Origin: Eledone cirrhosa
Taxonomy: Eukaryota
Assembly: GCA_964016885.1 (NCBI GenBank)
Contig: OZ024742.1
Coordinates: 54,746,001-54,810,000 of the forward strand
Length of the DNA stretch: 64,000 nucleotides
Direction: 5' to 3'
The notes beneath the pieces were generated by a model. The model did not search any database, was not told the origin of the DNA, and saw nothing but the letters and a program-made list of their open reading frames with translations. Positions 13,849-29,219 of the stretch are shown here, piece by piece (the stretch's first letter is position 1; each line of letters opens with the position of its first letter). A program made the translations under genes and the position numbers.

Positions 13849-14316
13849 TATGTATATATATATATACATATATTTCGTTTCTGAATTTGTTTAGCAAGAT
13901 TTTTTATCTGAAAACGTGTGTTTTAACATAAAAACAGTCTTGGCGCAAAATCAACTTTTTACATTCACATGACCTCTGTGGACCAATCAAAATTGTTTTG
14001 ACCACAAGCATTTTTGCAACACAAAAATAACGCTGGAGCCACTTTTTTAACTTAAAAACAGGTAGAATTCCCAAAACTAATCAGATCAGAGCAAACAGCA
14101 CGGACACTCTATCTCAAAATTATTTTTGAAAAGCATTTAGAAATGCGCAACCGGTAAAAACTTAAAAACTTAAAACCACAACTGAATACTAACCCATACA
14201 ATCACTAATACTCTTTTATTCCTAATTAAACCATTTTTCAACTGTGAACAATTTGTCAGCATTTTCTATTCCGTTTACCAATATATAATAACTTGTGTGT
14301 TACACCTCTATTCTTT

Positions 14317-14370
<54 letters not shown>

Positions 14371-14456
14371 ATTTTTATATATTTGATATATTAATATATA
14401 TTTGACATTTTTATATATTTGATATTGATCAACAAATTAAATATAACCTCTGAATA

Positions 14457-14490
<34 letters not shown>

Positions 14491-15005
14491 CATATATATA
14501 TATAAAACTGTAATGAAGTATTATGATATTCTAACATGAGATTTCGCGTAAGCTATGTAATTCGTTATATAGAGATCTGTGTGTATTTTTTCTGTCATTG
14601 ATTAATTAAATTCATTGTTTGTTTGACAATGTATCCGGTTGTTCTGTATTGAGAAGGGTGTCCACAGGTGAACTACGAATTTTGGTATATTTTTAACAGT
14701 CTTCTTTGCATATATCTATTTACTTTATGTCTACAATGTTCTTCTGTTCGACCTTTCCTCTTTATCGCTTTACTAATGCATATTTTTTACGTTGTTTATT
14801 CATTTCTATTCAGAACTGATTTTCTGAATGGGATTTCTGTTTTAATAGAAATATTTGAATGGCTTTAAAGTACATCTCTTTTTGCTGTCATTCTCAGTCT
14901 GTAATTTCTCTCTCTATATATATATACATGTGTGTGTGTGTGTGAGAGTGAGAGAGAGAGAGAGAGAGTGCGTGTGTTAGTGGTTTGTGTTTGTGTGTGT
15001 CTTTG

Positions 15006-15039
<34 letters not shown>

Positions 15040-15194
15040 CATACATACACATATGAAAATATTCAGGCCCCCAACGTCTGAGCGCCGACCGTTTCGACAG
15101 CTAGATCCGAACCATATATATGTATGTATATATATAAATATACATATATATTCATGCAAGTAAATATATATATATATATCCATTATGACATTAC

Positions 15195-15550
15195 TGACGT
15201 CATCAAGCAGACTAATATAACAATCTCCAGGAGCTCATAAACTGTGTCGGTGACCGGACATGCCTTCAATCAAATCTGTGATCAAATGGGCGGAAAAAAT
15301 ATGTTACTGAAGGAGGAGAAGTTCGAATTAATCCACTTTGGAAAGCAGGATGTACTGAAACTCTCATTATCCTTTCTTTCGGGTTAAACTCTCGTGGCAT
15401 CCAACAAAACCAGAGATATGGGAGTAATTGTTGATAACATAATCTGGGCCACTCATATGAACAGCAAATTTGACATTGCTCGCCGAACTTGTTCCTGCAT
15501 TCTCAGAACCTTCTAGTCGAGAGATATTCACACCCTTATCCTTCACTTCT
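15195..15550 (+). pseudogene. CR1/Jockey-group LINE RT C-terminal fragment
   Basis: Decayed LQS.L...WA...M....KFELIHFG...RDMGVIVDN..WATH...ARRTCSCILRTF. Confidence 0.65.
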
Positions 15551-15578
15551 CACAAATATTTAATGTATGTGTAGCAGA

Positions 15579-15666
<88 letters not shown>

Positions 15667-15687
15667 ATCTATATATATATATATATA

Positions 15688-16683
15688 ATGGAAACATTTG
15701 AACAGGGACAAAACAGAGAGGCAGTACAATAAATGTTTATTCATTTCACGCTCAGGAGAGTGGGGGGGGGGGGACGTTTCGGGCATAAGCCCTTCCTCAG
15801 GTGAGAAGTGTGTGGGAACAGAGTTCAAAAGGTGTGTAGGGGAGTGGTAGAGAGACATATAGCGAAAGGAAACGGTGCGAATGAAAAATTAACAAATAAA
15901 GATAAAAAATAAAAATAAAGCATGATCAAAATACAAGGCATGATCAAAATAAACTGAAATTAAAAGGGGGGTAAACAGGTGGTGGAAGGGTGTGGGGTGA
16001 GTAGGGGTGGTGGCGGGTGGAGTGGGGAGAGGGAGACGGGTTGTCCGAGCGGGGAGGGCTGAAGGTGGTGTGTGTGTGTAGGTGTGCGTGTGTGTGTGTG
16101 TGTGTGTATGTGAAAGTAAGGGTTGGGGGAAGAACGGGGTTGCATGTTCAGGAAGAGGTGTGTGTGTGGGGGGGTTTGTGGGTCGGAGTGTCTGTGCGTG
16201 TGTGGATAGGGGGTGGGGGGAGAGGAATCAGGAGGCTGAGGGTGTAAATATGTGGTGGGAAGCACGTGTGTGTGGGGTTTAAGCGTGTTGTGGGTGTGGG
16301 TGGCGTGTGGAGAAAAAAAAAAATTGGGGTGTGTGTGTGGGTGAGTTATATAGGTGATGACGTAAGAGGATGGTTGAAAAGTTGGTAAGTTCCAAGGATG
16401 TTTGCAGGATTGGTTATAAGTCAAATTCTGCGTGTGGGTAATCCATGAAGCGGTGGTCGGAAGAGGAGAGATGTGGGGTGCGGGCGCAAGAGGAAGTGGT
16501 CAGCAGTGGGAGTGCTGTGGTCTGTTGGTGCTGGGAGGTGGTCAGAAGGGCATAGCTGCAGTCGGTGGAATGGTAAGGGGGCGAGGATGGGTAGGTGTGA
16601 AAGTTGGAGTGAGGAGGGTGTGTGTGTGTGTATTAGAAGGGGTGTTAGTGGGATGAGTGAGTGTGGAGCGGGGGTGGTAGCAG

Positions 16684-16690
<7 letters not shown>
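15688..16690 (-). mobile_element. 3' UTR and pLTR of the Neptune-like PLE family, with HHR at 15773-15803
   Basis: C/A-rich UTR similar to 43340-44350. Minus strand CTGAGGA A GGGC TTAT GCCC GAAA CG TC. Confidence 0.75.
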
Positions 16691-16731
<41 letters not shown>

Positions 16732-17690
16732 CTGCTACACACACAGTGAGGTAAGTTTTTAAATTGTCATCACAACACTATAAACAGTATAGTTTCAATG
16801 GTCTATGCTCCTGCAAATATATTACACGCCATCTCATTATATCCAGTTCTCTCAAATTCATTCAAATGCTCTACATAATACATTTCATAGAAAACATTGA
16901 AATTATATTCTTTGAATTTGTTTGTTACAAGAACTGTAAATCTGTGGAATTTCCTTATTTTGATCTCCGGCTTTACAAAATTTAGCATTGCATACATCAC
17001 CCTCTGGTGTGCTGAGATCTAATAGGTGTATAACATTCTGAAGAATGGAATTATGATGAAAGTTGATTATAAATTCTCAGTTCAATAATAATCTCTTAAT
17101 TATAGCGTGCTTAATTCCTACTCACTAAATATAAATTTAGCTTTCACGGACGACAGCATAATCTTATTTCAGTACATCTTCGGCAGGTGTTTTTCAAACA
17201 ATATATTCCAAAATATATCCGTAAGGGTTACAGCTGAATATACCGTTAGTGGAGTAGTAAAACTTAGATGAATGAACCCATTATGGTGAAAACTCGATTA
17301 TATATTTTAATATAAGGCACAGTTTATCTACAACTGTATTAATACACCTGATCAACAAAGATATTATAATACACATTTGAAAAGATTTGTCACATTTACT
17401 ATTACATTTATCAGGTAGTAAACTGCTCGGAGTAATTTTACATTTTATGGAGAACTATATTCGAGTACGTTTAATACAATAACATATAGGCAATTTATAA
17501 GACAATAATGAAACAACATTCAGTTAAATCAAGATACATTATTTAGAAGGTACTTTCATAATGCACTTGTAATAAATCTATGTTCACTCATTGTACAAAA
17601 GGATGTCTTCGAAACGAAACTTTTAAGAAAGAGTTTGTGCAAATCAGTATAATCTTTTCGGTTAAGAAATATAAATGCATTTTATATAAG

Positions 17691-17870
17691 GCAGTGGATT
17701 GGCAGTTTGGTAGAGGGTCGGACGCCATGCATAGAGTTACGGCCATTGCCATTCTGAGTTCGAATCTCGCCGAGGTTAACTTTGCCTTTCATCCTTATGG
17801 GTTTGATAAAATAAAGTACCAGTAATACACTGGATAATTGCTGGCCTTGTGCTAAAAAGTGGAAACAATT
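17691..17870 (+). mobile_element. tRNA-derived SINE, full length
   Basis: A-box-like tggcagtttggtag, B-box gagttcgaatctc, central gcctttcatccttatgggtttgataaaataaagtaccag. Confidence 0.9.
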
Positions 17871-17965
17871 ATTTATAAGAAGGTTATATATGATTTGATA
17901 TTACGATGCTAGATCAACATCCTCAAATGTTTAAAGACACATACACACACACACACGTATATATA

Positions 17966-18044
<79 letters not shown>

Positions 18045-18045
<1 letters not shown>

Positions 18046-19140
18046 GTAGGAGGTGAGTTTTATTGCAGAACAATAAAACTATGCATATATCAGATAAGTA
18101 GCACTCAACAGTTTATAGAACTGGAGTATATATAGAAGAAATTAAAAGATAGTTAAAAACGTTCCATATATTTTATTATGCGCATTTCAAAAATAAATAT
18201 CATCCTGGGACGATAATTGCGTTCTCACCAGATAAAATAAGGTAACATGATATGATGCCTAAAAATACTCGTGAACAAGAAAGTGTCAACATATGACAAA
18301 AAAATATAAAAGGAGAGAGAAGATTTGAAAAAAGAAGGAAGAGGGAAAGGAAAAAGACATAAAAGAGAAGGAGAAAATAACGGAGGAAAAATTAACGGAG
18401 GAGAGAGATTTTTTTATCGGGAAACGCTGTCAAAAATGATAAACAGCTGTGAATAACGGCTAAAAAATATAAATAAATATATAAATTGATGAGGTTTATG
18501 TGCTTAGATTACAAATATAGAAACTAGGTATATTATTTATTTTGGGTTTATATACTAAAAAAATTGATTAAGAGGTGTGAAAATGTATTAATAAAATGAA
18601 ATAAAATTAAATGATTTATAAGCGTATAAGACCATATAAGGCCATAGTTTGTTTAAACAGTGTATTGAGAAATGTGAGAAAAATGTGTGAAAAGATATTT
18701 CTGTAAAATTTATATATATATATGTGTAGAAAAAAATAAATAAGAGTAGTCAAACCATGTCAAAAATTAAAAATTTACTATTAAAAATTATAAATTATAT
18801 ATAAAAAATTATATATATGGGAAAACTATTTAAATATTATTTTAATCAACAAGTAAATAAAGGAAAATATTACAATGATTTAAGCGTAGAAAAAAGCGTA
18901 GAAAAAGCGAAGAAAAAACATATGACGTCATAGTTTATTTACAAAATCTACGAAGGTTTATACTGAAAATTGGATGTGATAAAGGAGGAAAAGTGAGCGG
19001 CTTAAAAATAGTGAGAAAAAGAATATAATGAAATATTATATATGAACTATTTAAATATTATTTTGTATCAACAAGTAGATAAAGGAACTTGCTAGAGTGA
19101 TTTAAAGCATAGAAAACAATATAACGTCGTAGTTATATAA
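18045..19140 (-). mobile_element. PLE 3' UTR/pLTR with HHR at 18169-18239 (core CTGGTGA)
   Basis: 18140-18290 is homologous to 27390-27540; 8 bp stem I TATTTTAT/ATAAAATA, GAAA TGCGCA TA. Confidence 0.65.
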
Positions 19141-19304
19141 TTGCTTCCCTCCTTCACATATGTATAGTAAGATTTTTAATAAGCATACCATTAAATTCTC
19201 ATATTCTACCACTTCCAACATTTCCAACATTATCTCTAAAATAATTCTAAAATATTAAATAATAACTCATATGCATCCAACCTTGAGAGTCATAATAATA
19301 ACAC

Positions 19305-19461
<157 letters not shown>

Positions 19462-19518
19462 GTATATATATATATGTATATATATATATGTATATATATA
19501 TATGTATATATATATATG

Positions 19519-19599
<81 letters not shown>

Positions 19600-19731
19600 A
19601 ACGAACAAGTTGTGGTAAGGAACCAGATGGACCATAAGGCACATATATGTATATATATATATGCATATATACATATATATACATACACACAATTTTTAAA
19701 AGTGCATAGTGATTTTAACATACCCTGTATG

Positions 19732-21346
<1,615 letters not shown>

Positions 21347-21360
21347 TATATATATATATA

Positions 21361-21902
21361 TAGGCTGTGTTAAAATCACTATGCACTTTTAAAATTTGTA
21401 AAATATTACAAAAGAAATTGAGTTTATTCATATTTTAGTACCAACAATTGAGTCATTGCATTTTTACTCGCTAAACTTGCTATCATGTTTCAACGCCTTG
21501 ACGACTAGCTGCATAGCACCACACAAGAGTCTCCGCTGTCAACACCATTCAGCCACTTTCGGATTTTCCAAAATTTGATAATTACATCGGTTTGCCCGAC
21601 CGGAGAGATGAAAGATCGACCCCTCGCTGAACCGATTCCACAAGAGTTGAGGGCCATTTGGTATGGTGCAGAAGTGTTTCACACATAGCCGCACTAACAT
21701 CATAATCTTCACCTTGAAGCTTTTGAACAACCTGAAGTCCACATACGGGTGGAGCTTCATCACTATTCAAGTCATTCGCTGAATCCTGCTATTGTGGGTG
21801 CTGAGTTACAATGCAGCATTCCCAATGGACTTTTCCTTGCTAAGTGCGGACGGCTGCTCCAGAAAATAGAAAGCGTATAGTAATTTTGGGACTCGCTGCA
21901 TA
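21361..21902 (-). mobile_element. Internally deleted Tc1/mariner-family DNA transposon
   Basis: Imperfect TIRs (taggctgtgttaaaatcactatgcac / gcgtatagtaattttgggactcgctgca) in TA context. Transposase remnants KLHPY, QVVQKLQGEDY...MCETLL, FSE..FHLSGRANRCN...ENP. A solo TIR lies at 19692-19729. Confidence 0.8.
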
Positions 21903-22003
21903 TATATATACACCCCCACAAATATATATGTATGTATGTATTATATACACCCATATAAATATATATATATATGTATATATTGTATACATATAATATACAC
22001 ATA

Positions 22004-22037
22004 TATAACTGAAAAAAAGGAAAAACGAACACAGACT

Positions 22038-22092
<55 letters not shown>

Positions 22093-22197
22093 TCAAATCG
22101 TAATGGACCAAAATCACTAAGGTTAAAAAATACTAACTACAGACAATGTATGTAGTTAGTATTTTTTCACCTTAGTGATTTTGGTCCATTACGATTT

Positions 22198-22287
<90 letters not shown>

Positions 22288-22318
22288 GTCTGTGTTCGTT
22301 TTTTCTTTTTGTTCAGTT

Positions 22319-22321
<3 letters not shown>
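22004..22321. repeat. Palindrome whose arms include mirrored (TA)n(TG)n / (CA)n(TA)n tracts
   Basis: Unique segments 22004-22036 and 22095-22140 are mirrored at 22287-22321 and 22152-22197. Confidence 0.85.
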
Positions 22322-22377
<56 letters not shown>

Positions 22378-22472
22378 GTGAGAGAGTGAAGAATAACATG
22401 GTCAACAGTACAAAAAGGGTTTTATTTACACTATTAACAATTGTTTCATTGATTAATTTGTCTAAAAATTGC

Positions 22473-22564
<92 letters not shown>

Positions 22565-22736
22565 CTTCCAAGAAGTATACTGGACAAGATACACATATAA
22601 CAACTTATTCGATATTACGATGTGGTCCATGGATTCTGCTCAAGTTACAGACCTCGTTGGACTATTTCTCCTCTATAACATTCATGACTCTTTTCCCCAC
22701 CTCAAAGGTGGTCTTTATCGGGATGATTGTCTATTG

Positions 22737-22915
22737 TTGGCAGTATCAGTAGAGGGTCGGGCGCCATGCTTTCCGGCATAGTTACGTCCCTTTATGATCT
22801 GAGTTCAAATCCCGCCGAGGTTGACTTTGCCTTTCATCCTTACGGGGTCGATAAAATAAAGTACCAGTAATACACTGGGTAATAGCTGGCCTTGTGCCTA
22901 AAGTAGAAACAGTTA
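22737..22915 (+). mobile_element. tRNA-derived SINE inserted just after the PLE RT DD motif
   Basis: A and B boxes plus central domain as in the other copies. Confidence 0.9.
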
Positions 22916-24820
22916 TCTAACAATCTTAAACAATTCCAATATAGAGAAGAACAAAAAACAAATTAGAAAATTCCTCAAGGAATATTAGAGCCTTAGCATC
23001 ACTTTTGAAAACACTTCACAAGTAGCTAATTTCCTTGACGTTACCTTAGACCTCTCTACGAATACTTATCAACCTTACCACAAACCTACCCAGAATTTAC
23101 ATTATGTACATTCACAATCTAACCACCCTGGCTATATACTCAAGAACTTAGTATATAACATATCTCTCAGACTTTCTAAATTATCTCCTAATGAAGATAT
23201 ATTTTATAATAATGCACCCTTCTACAACGAGAAGTGGATATAACTAGAAGTGGATATAAAGAAAACATCTCATATATCGCCAACACTACTATGGACCAAA
23301 ACATAAAATCTAACAAAAACTACAAACACCAAAAAATACCATTGAAACAAATACCTAAAGTGGTTATTGCTATTACACCAAACAACCGAAAAACCACAAC
23401 AACTATTACTACACGATCTATGACCAATGTTATCAACCCACATATGAATACCAAGCACTCAAAATCTCATAACCGAGCCAAAAATAACACCAAATACAAC
23501 CACGATAATTTACCAAATTCCACAAATAAGGACACTAACCATAGGAATTCTTCTAGAACACAACACAATAATATAGTGATAATAAGAACTTAACTAAAAA
23601 CTGCAAAAGAAACAAAACATGGTACAACGCACTCTTCAACCTGCGAACTATTCGACTAATCCCCCCAAAATTCTTTGAAATTCTACATAAACATTTTCCA
23701 CCAAACCACAGATACCATCAAATATTTAATAAATATACTGTTAAATTCCCATACTCTACATCAAGCAATCTCAAACAAAGAATAAGCAACTACAACATTT
23801 ATAAACTTAAAAATAATATGACTACACCACCGCAACATAATTTAAATAGGACTGCACCTTTTAAAAAGGCAAATAATACAATCCGTCAACCTAGAAAACA
23901 CAACCACCCAAATCACCAACACAAAAACAACAGAACACAAAATAATAATACAACCCTAGCACCAAACCACCCACAAAGCAACCTTCATTCTCCTGCTATC
24001 ATTAATTACAATAGAAATAGCTCAAGGATTAATGATAATAGTATAGGCATCCCCAACAACCATCCTACGTATGGCTGTAATTGCAGAAATAGAAGCATTT
24101 GCCCCTTAAATGGAAACTGTTTGATTAATACTGTAATATATAAATGCACTGTGTCTACTACAGACTCCAACAAAACATATATAGGATCTACATCAGACAC
24201 AGTTAAGAAAAGATTTTACGCACACACTAGTAGTTTCAACAAGACTAAACTAGCTAACACCACATCTTTAGCTGAAGCGGTAAATAATTATAAAAAGAAA
24301 AAAATAGATTTCAAGTTATCGTGGAACACCATTCTACAAAGGACTCCATATCTTGGGAACAGGAGGGAATGCAGATTATGTTCAGGGGAGATCTTGGAAA
24401 TTACTAAATATAAGGACGATTTATTAAATAAAAGAGAGGAATTGATCATAGTTTGTAATCAACGTATACGAATACATTTAAATACTATAAACCTAATTAA
24501 ATATTCTAAATAGCAACTCACTATAATTCCATATAGCATAACATTTATTAGTACCTCTTTCCCCTAATTATATGCATTCATGCTTATTTTTTACCTTTTA
24601 ATGTTTTAGCTTCCTTAGATTTATGCGTTAATGACTAAAGGCAACAAGGTACACAACCACCCGTAATTGCATGAGTAAATATATATCTATGTATGATATG
24701 GAAATATATTCATGTGTGTGTATGTGTATATATATACATATGTGTGTATATGTATTTATGTATGTGTATATGTGTATATATATATATGCTTGTATATGTA
24801 TGTGTGTATGTGTATGTATG

Positions 24821-24853
<33 letters not shown>

Positions 24854-25019
24854 GTATATATATGTGTGCTTGTGTGTGTATATATGTGAGTATAGGTGTA
24901 TGAGTGTTTATATATGAGTATGTGCACATGTATGAGGAGTGTACATATACTCACACATGTATATATATATGTGAATGTGTGTGTATGTATATATATATAT
25001 GTATATGTATCTATCTATC

Positions 25020-25052
<33 letters not shown>

Positions 25053-25890
25053 ATATGTATATGTGTATATATATATATATATGTGTGTGTGTATATATAT
25101 ACATATAAATATATATATATGTATGTATGTATGAGTGTATGTGTGTATATATATATGTATATATGTGGGTATAGCTATGTATGTGTGGATATAGATATGT
25201 ATGGATATGTATATGCATACGTGTAAATGTGTATTTAGATTTGCATCTATTTGTGGGTATGTATATTTTTGGTTGGATATCAATTTAACTGTACCTCTCT
25301 CTATATATAGTGTGGATATATGCACTTTGTAATCTATGAAATTTATGTGTTGTAACTATGCGAACATGTATTTATCTGAGTGATTATTTATGCATAAACA
25401 TACTTGATAGTATTTTAGAGCGTATCATATGTTATATTATACTAAATGCAATTTACCACACAGTACTATATTGTGTTGGTTAAGTTTTATATTATCGCAT
25501 TACTGTATTTCATTATCTTATTATAATTTTCTTCTTTTAATATACTATCTTTCCTAGCCATAACCTTAATTTATATTCACCTTAAAACCCAATACAACAC
25601 TAATCATCATTTATTTTGACATTCCTTTTAAATTCACTATACCAGATACATTCAACTATCAGTTTGACAATCCCTTTCCTGCTAATAGATTTTAATGCCA
25701 AATCTACTATTAACACCCTTCAACCATTCCTTTCAAAGGGTCATGTCCTCAACTAAAGTATATTACTTTTCATCTTAACACCATATGAAAAAGACAATTT
25801 GATTCGTTAGTTCTTCAACTACCTCCAAATAAGGACATGATACTAACATGCTACTAATTCTGAATGAAATCATTATTGAATAAAATTATT

Positions 25891-26030
25891 ATTGCTTTTG
25901 AAAACAGCTGGTGATATGCATGTAACTAAATATTCTCTTTATCTGATAGTTTGTAACTAACCTCACATAGATCAATTACTGAGTATGGCTACAATGTATT
26001 ATCATCATCTAGAAACGATCGTAAACCAGT
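25891..26030 (+). ncRNA. Type I hammerhead with U3-A8 core variant
   Basis: ATTGCTT TTGAAAA CAGCTGGTGATA...TATCATCATCTA GAAA CGATCG TA AACCAGT. Confidence 0.7.
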
Positions 26031-26195
26031 GAATGACTTGATTTTTATTTCATTGTTTTAACTTATATCATGACTCTGTTTTCCTTTTAATGTTTTATTG
26101 TTTTCCGAGATTTAACTTAACCTACAACATTTTCGACATACGGATTACATCGAGTTCTTCATGCAAAATAGACGCCACAACTTACTGTGGATACC

Positions 26196-26276
<81 letters not shown>

Positions 26277-26282
<6 letters not shown>

Positions 26283-27150
26283 CAAAGCATGTCTATAGAA
26301 TTATTTGATAATATATATACATCATTTCTTCTCCCAGTTAGCATAATTAACCACACAAAAGATCAATTAAACCAGGCTATAAGATTAAAAGGCACCTACG
26401 AAGAAACAGTAAATAAATATACGATAGCAGCGTCTTCGCGGCCAACCGCTAAAGAATATATAACCACCATTTCAAAAGCACGTGGAAATTAATTAAATAT
26501 ACGGTCAACCATACACAAATTAGGTATAAAATTAAAGTAAGAAATGCTTATATACATGCCAGGATTAAATCACTAAATCCCGACACATGGGTTTCGTTCT
26601 CATTTTGAGATATCCTATTCAGGATAAATCTCTAGTTTCGAACTCTTCAGGGGACAAACTCGCTAGGACAGATTATTTTCTGAAGTGGCCCCCGCCAAAC
26701 ACGATTTCAAAATGGCTGAGAACTGTGACGTGGCAGTGGTTAATTCAGAAAGAGTGTGATTGGTTGCTTACGGTGAGTGGGTTGGTTGCTAGAAAGCGCA
26801 GCCCAATATCGCCCAAATTGTATCTCAACATTACGGGAGATTATTAAATATAAATATTTACACATACACCAATTAAACAAAGTCACAGATATATATGTGT
26901 TTTGGCAACCATTCACAATGTGGCTCAATGAAGAATTAATAAATTAAATAATCAGAGCAAAATACTATAAAGTAAAGCATGTCCATAGAATTATTTGATA
27001 ATATATATACATCATTTCTATGGACATGCTTTACTCTATAGTATGTTGTTGTGATTATTTAATTTATTAATTCTTCATTGAGCCACATCGTGATTGGTTG
27101 CCAAAACACATATATATCTGTGACATTGTTTAATTGGTGTATGTGTAAAT
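26277..27150 (-). mobile_element. Non-coding HHR element with terminal redundancy and an inverted 5' segment
   Basis: 26277-26327 is repeated at 26967-27018; palindrome 26856-27150; flanked by (TA)n. Confidence 0.75.
26577..26655 (-). ncRNA. Type I hammerhead ribozyme
   Basis: GTCCC CTGAAGA GTTC[..GAGAT..ATCCT GAAT AGGAT ATCTC..]GAAC GAAA CCCATGTG TC GGGAT. Confidence 0.8.
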
Positions 27151-27173
27151 CTTTATATATATATATATTTATA

Positions 27174-27287
<114 letters not shown>

Positions 27288-27414
27288 TATGTATATATAT
27301 TTATGTATATATATGTATATACAGATATCTATATACACACACATATATATATGTGTGTGTGTGTATATATATATATATAATATAAAATCAAGAGATGGTT
27401 AAAAGTGTTCCATG

Positions 27415-27485
27415 TATTTTATTATGCGCATTTCAAAAGCAAATATCATCATGGGATGATATTTGCGTTCTCATCAGATAGAATA
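27415..27485 (-). ncRNA. Type I hammerhead ribozyme with intact core
   Basis: TATTCTAT CTGATGA GAAC GCAAATATCATC CCAT GATGATATTTGC TTTT GAAA TGCGCA TA ATAAAATA. Confidence 0.85.
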
Positions 27486-28938
27486 GGGAGACATGATATG
27501 AAGCTTAAAAAACACTTGCGAGCAGTGAAGTGTTAAATCAACCTATGAAAAATAAAATAGGATGGATATATGAGATTGGGAAAACAAGGAAAGGAAGGGG
27601 GGAAGGAAAATGTAAGGAAGAGGAAGAAAGAATATAATAAGAAAAATATATATAAATAATAAGGAAAGGATAACGGAGGTGGAGTATAAGAAGGATGGAT
27701 GAGAGAGGAGGTGAAAATGAGTGAGAGAGAGAAAGCTAACCTTTAATACTTTGAAACACTGTCTCACAGAGAGAAATTTAAAAAAAAAACGTTGTAAGAT
27801 GATACATAATTAAAAAAAATTTAAAATTTAAAAGTTGATGAGGTTTATGAATGGTGATGCTTATGATTAAAGAAAAGGGAATTAAGAATACTATTTATTT
27901 AAGGTTTATATATTTAAGGGTTTAATAATATGTGCGAAAAGGAATTTATTAAAATATATTATTAAAATACAATACATTAAGAAGATAAGGTGAATGAAGA
28001 TATGGTTACATGAATTATGAACTTAGAGGAATTAATTAGGGTCCAAGTTTGTTTCTATGTATTGTAATAGGAAAAAGTAAATAATAGGTTTAATACGAGC
28101 ACGGAAGGAGAGAAGAAAGAAGAAATTCAAGGAAGAAAAAATATATAACGTCAAAAAAATATATGTTTACAAAATTTAACTAATGGTAATAGTATATATT
28201 AAAAATAGAAATTTGTATGGCCGAGAATATAAGGAAAATGCTATAGTGAGTTATAATATGAATTAAGAAGTAAAAGTTGAAGATTAAAGATTAGAAATTA
28301 AAAAAGAAGAAAAAAGAAGAAAAATAGGGGACCGCTAATGACATAGTATGAGTAATATTGTATAATATACTGAAATATGGTATAAAGAGGGGTATATTTG
28401 TAAAAAAATATAAAAGCGTTTGAGAAAAGAAGATTTTAAACTAATTAGGTAGTAAGGTATTAGCTGTATACTTTATGGAAAGTTCCATGGGATTTATGCA
28501 AGCAGAGCGAAAATAAATCCGTACGTCTATTTATTATAGAATTAAAATTAGAGATAATGGTAAATTTCTCCGCTAGGCAGAGTTAGATGTTCTGGATAGG
28601 GAAGAATTAAGGTAAGGAGAGGCGTTGCAAACCTTCCTCCAAGAAATGTTGTAGTTAATATTTTTGTCCTTTAAGGACCATATGAGTCACGAGAGTGCCG
28701 TGTTAGTTCTTTTAAGTTGGTATTTAAACGAAGAATTATGACTATAAAATCTTGCTTTAAAGGAAGTGGTAGTGGAACCAAAATAGGTAAAAGAATTAGT
28801 ACCAGTTATAACCTTACATTCATACACTAAATTTTTATCAAGACTTTGAGGACATTTAGTTCTAATAGGGCAATTGCAATTACGATTAGAGAAATTACCA
28901 GAGTTATTAACAAGTGACCCAGTATTATTAATAGAAGG

Positions 28939-29123
28939 GCGGTGGATTGGCAGTATCGGTAGAGGGTCGGACGCTATGCTTTGACGTATAGAGTTACCGC
29001 CCTTGCTATTCTGAGTTCAAATCCCGCCGAGGTTAACTTTGCCGTTCATCCTTACGGGGTCGATAAAATAAAGTAACAGCAATGCTCTGGGTAATTGCTG
29101 GCCTTGCGCCAAACGTAGAAACA
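28939..29123 (+). mobile_element. tRNA-derived SINE with a 15 bp target-site duplication
   Basis: TSD attattaatagaagg at 28924-28938 and 29124-29138. Confidence 0.95.
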
Positions 29124-29219
29124 ATTATTAATAGAAGGAATTCACGATAGGTGTTAAAGTTTCCTGATTTAGATTGGTATTATGAGCATTCGACAAAGTT
29201 ACGTTTGACGTCGTATTTA

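Larger units (their letters stand above)
22561..26198 (+). mobile_element. 5'-truncated Naiad-like PLE (RT C-half, zinc finger, GIY-YIG, long 3' UTR, HHR)
   Basis: FDITMWSMDSAQVTDLVGLFLL, GLYRDDCL, FLDVTLDL, SNHP, CNCRNRSICPLNGNCL..VIY..YIGST...KRFYAH, CRLCSGE, LLNKREE (ORF 23818-24513). Flanked by (TA)n. Confidence 0.85.
27380..29150 (-). mobile_element. Naiad-like PLE 3' portion (zinc finger, GIY-YIG, 3' UTR, pLTR)
   Basis: 28490-28890 minus strand: CNCPIRTKCP..NLVYECKV..YFGSTTTSFKARFYSHNSSF..TALS.LIWSLK..LCLAEK..INRRTDLFSLCLH. Confidence 0.8.

Noticed and set aside
14120-14155. TTGAAAA gcattta GAAA TGCGCA as another U3-A8 hammerhead (also ~2622-2655, minus)
   Set aside because: Stem II is too short, stem I does not pair and there is no UH at the cleavage site.
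17038-17075. CTGAAGA...GAAA motif; also the CTGATGA hits at ~35525, ~51493, ~56543 and ~62984
   Set aside because: The flanking stems or the GAAA are missing, so these are compatible with chance or unrecognisable decay.
17691-17770. tRNA gene
   Set aside because: The A and B boxes belong to a SINE head; there is no cloverleaf, and seven dispersed copies exist, some with TSDs.
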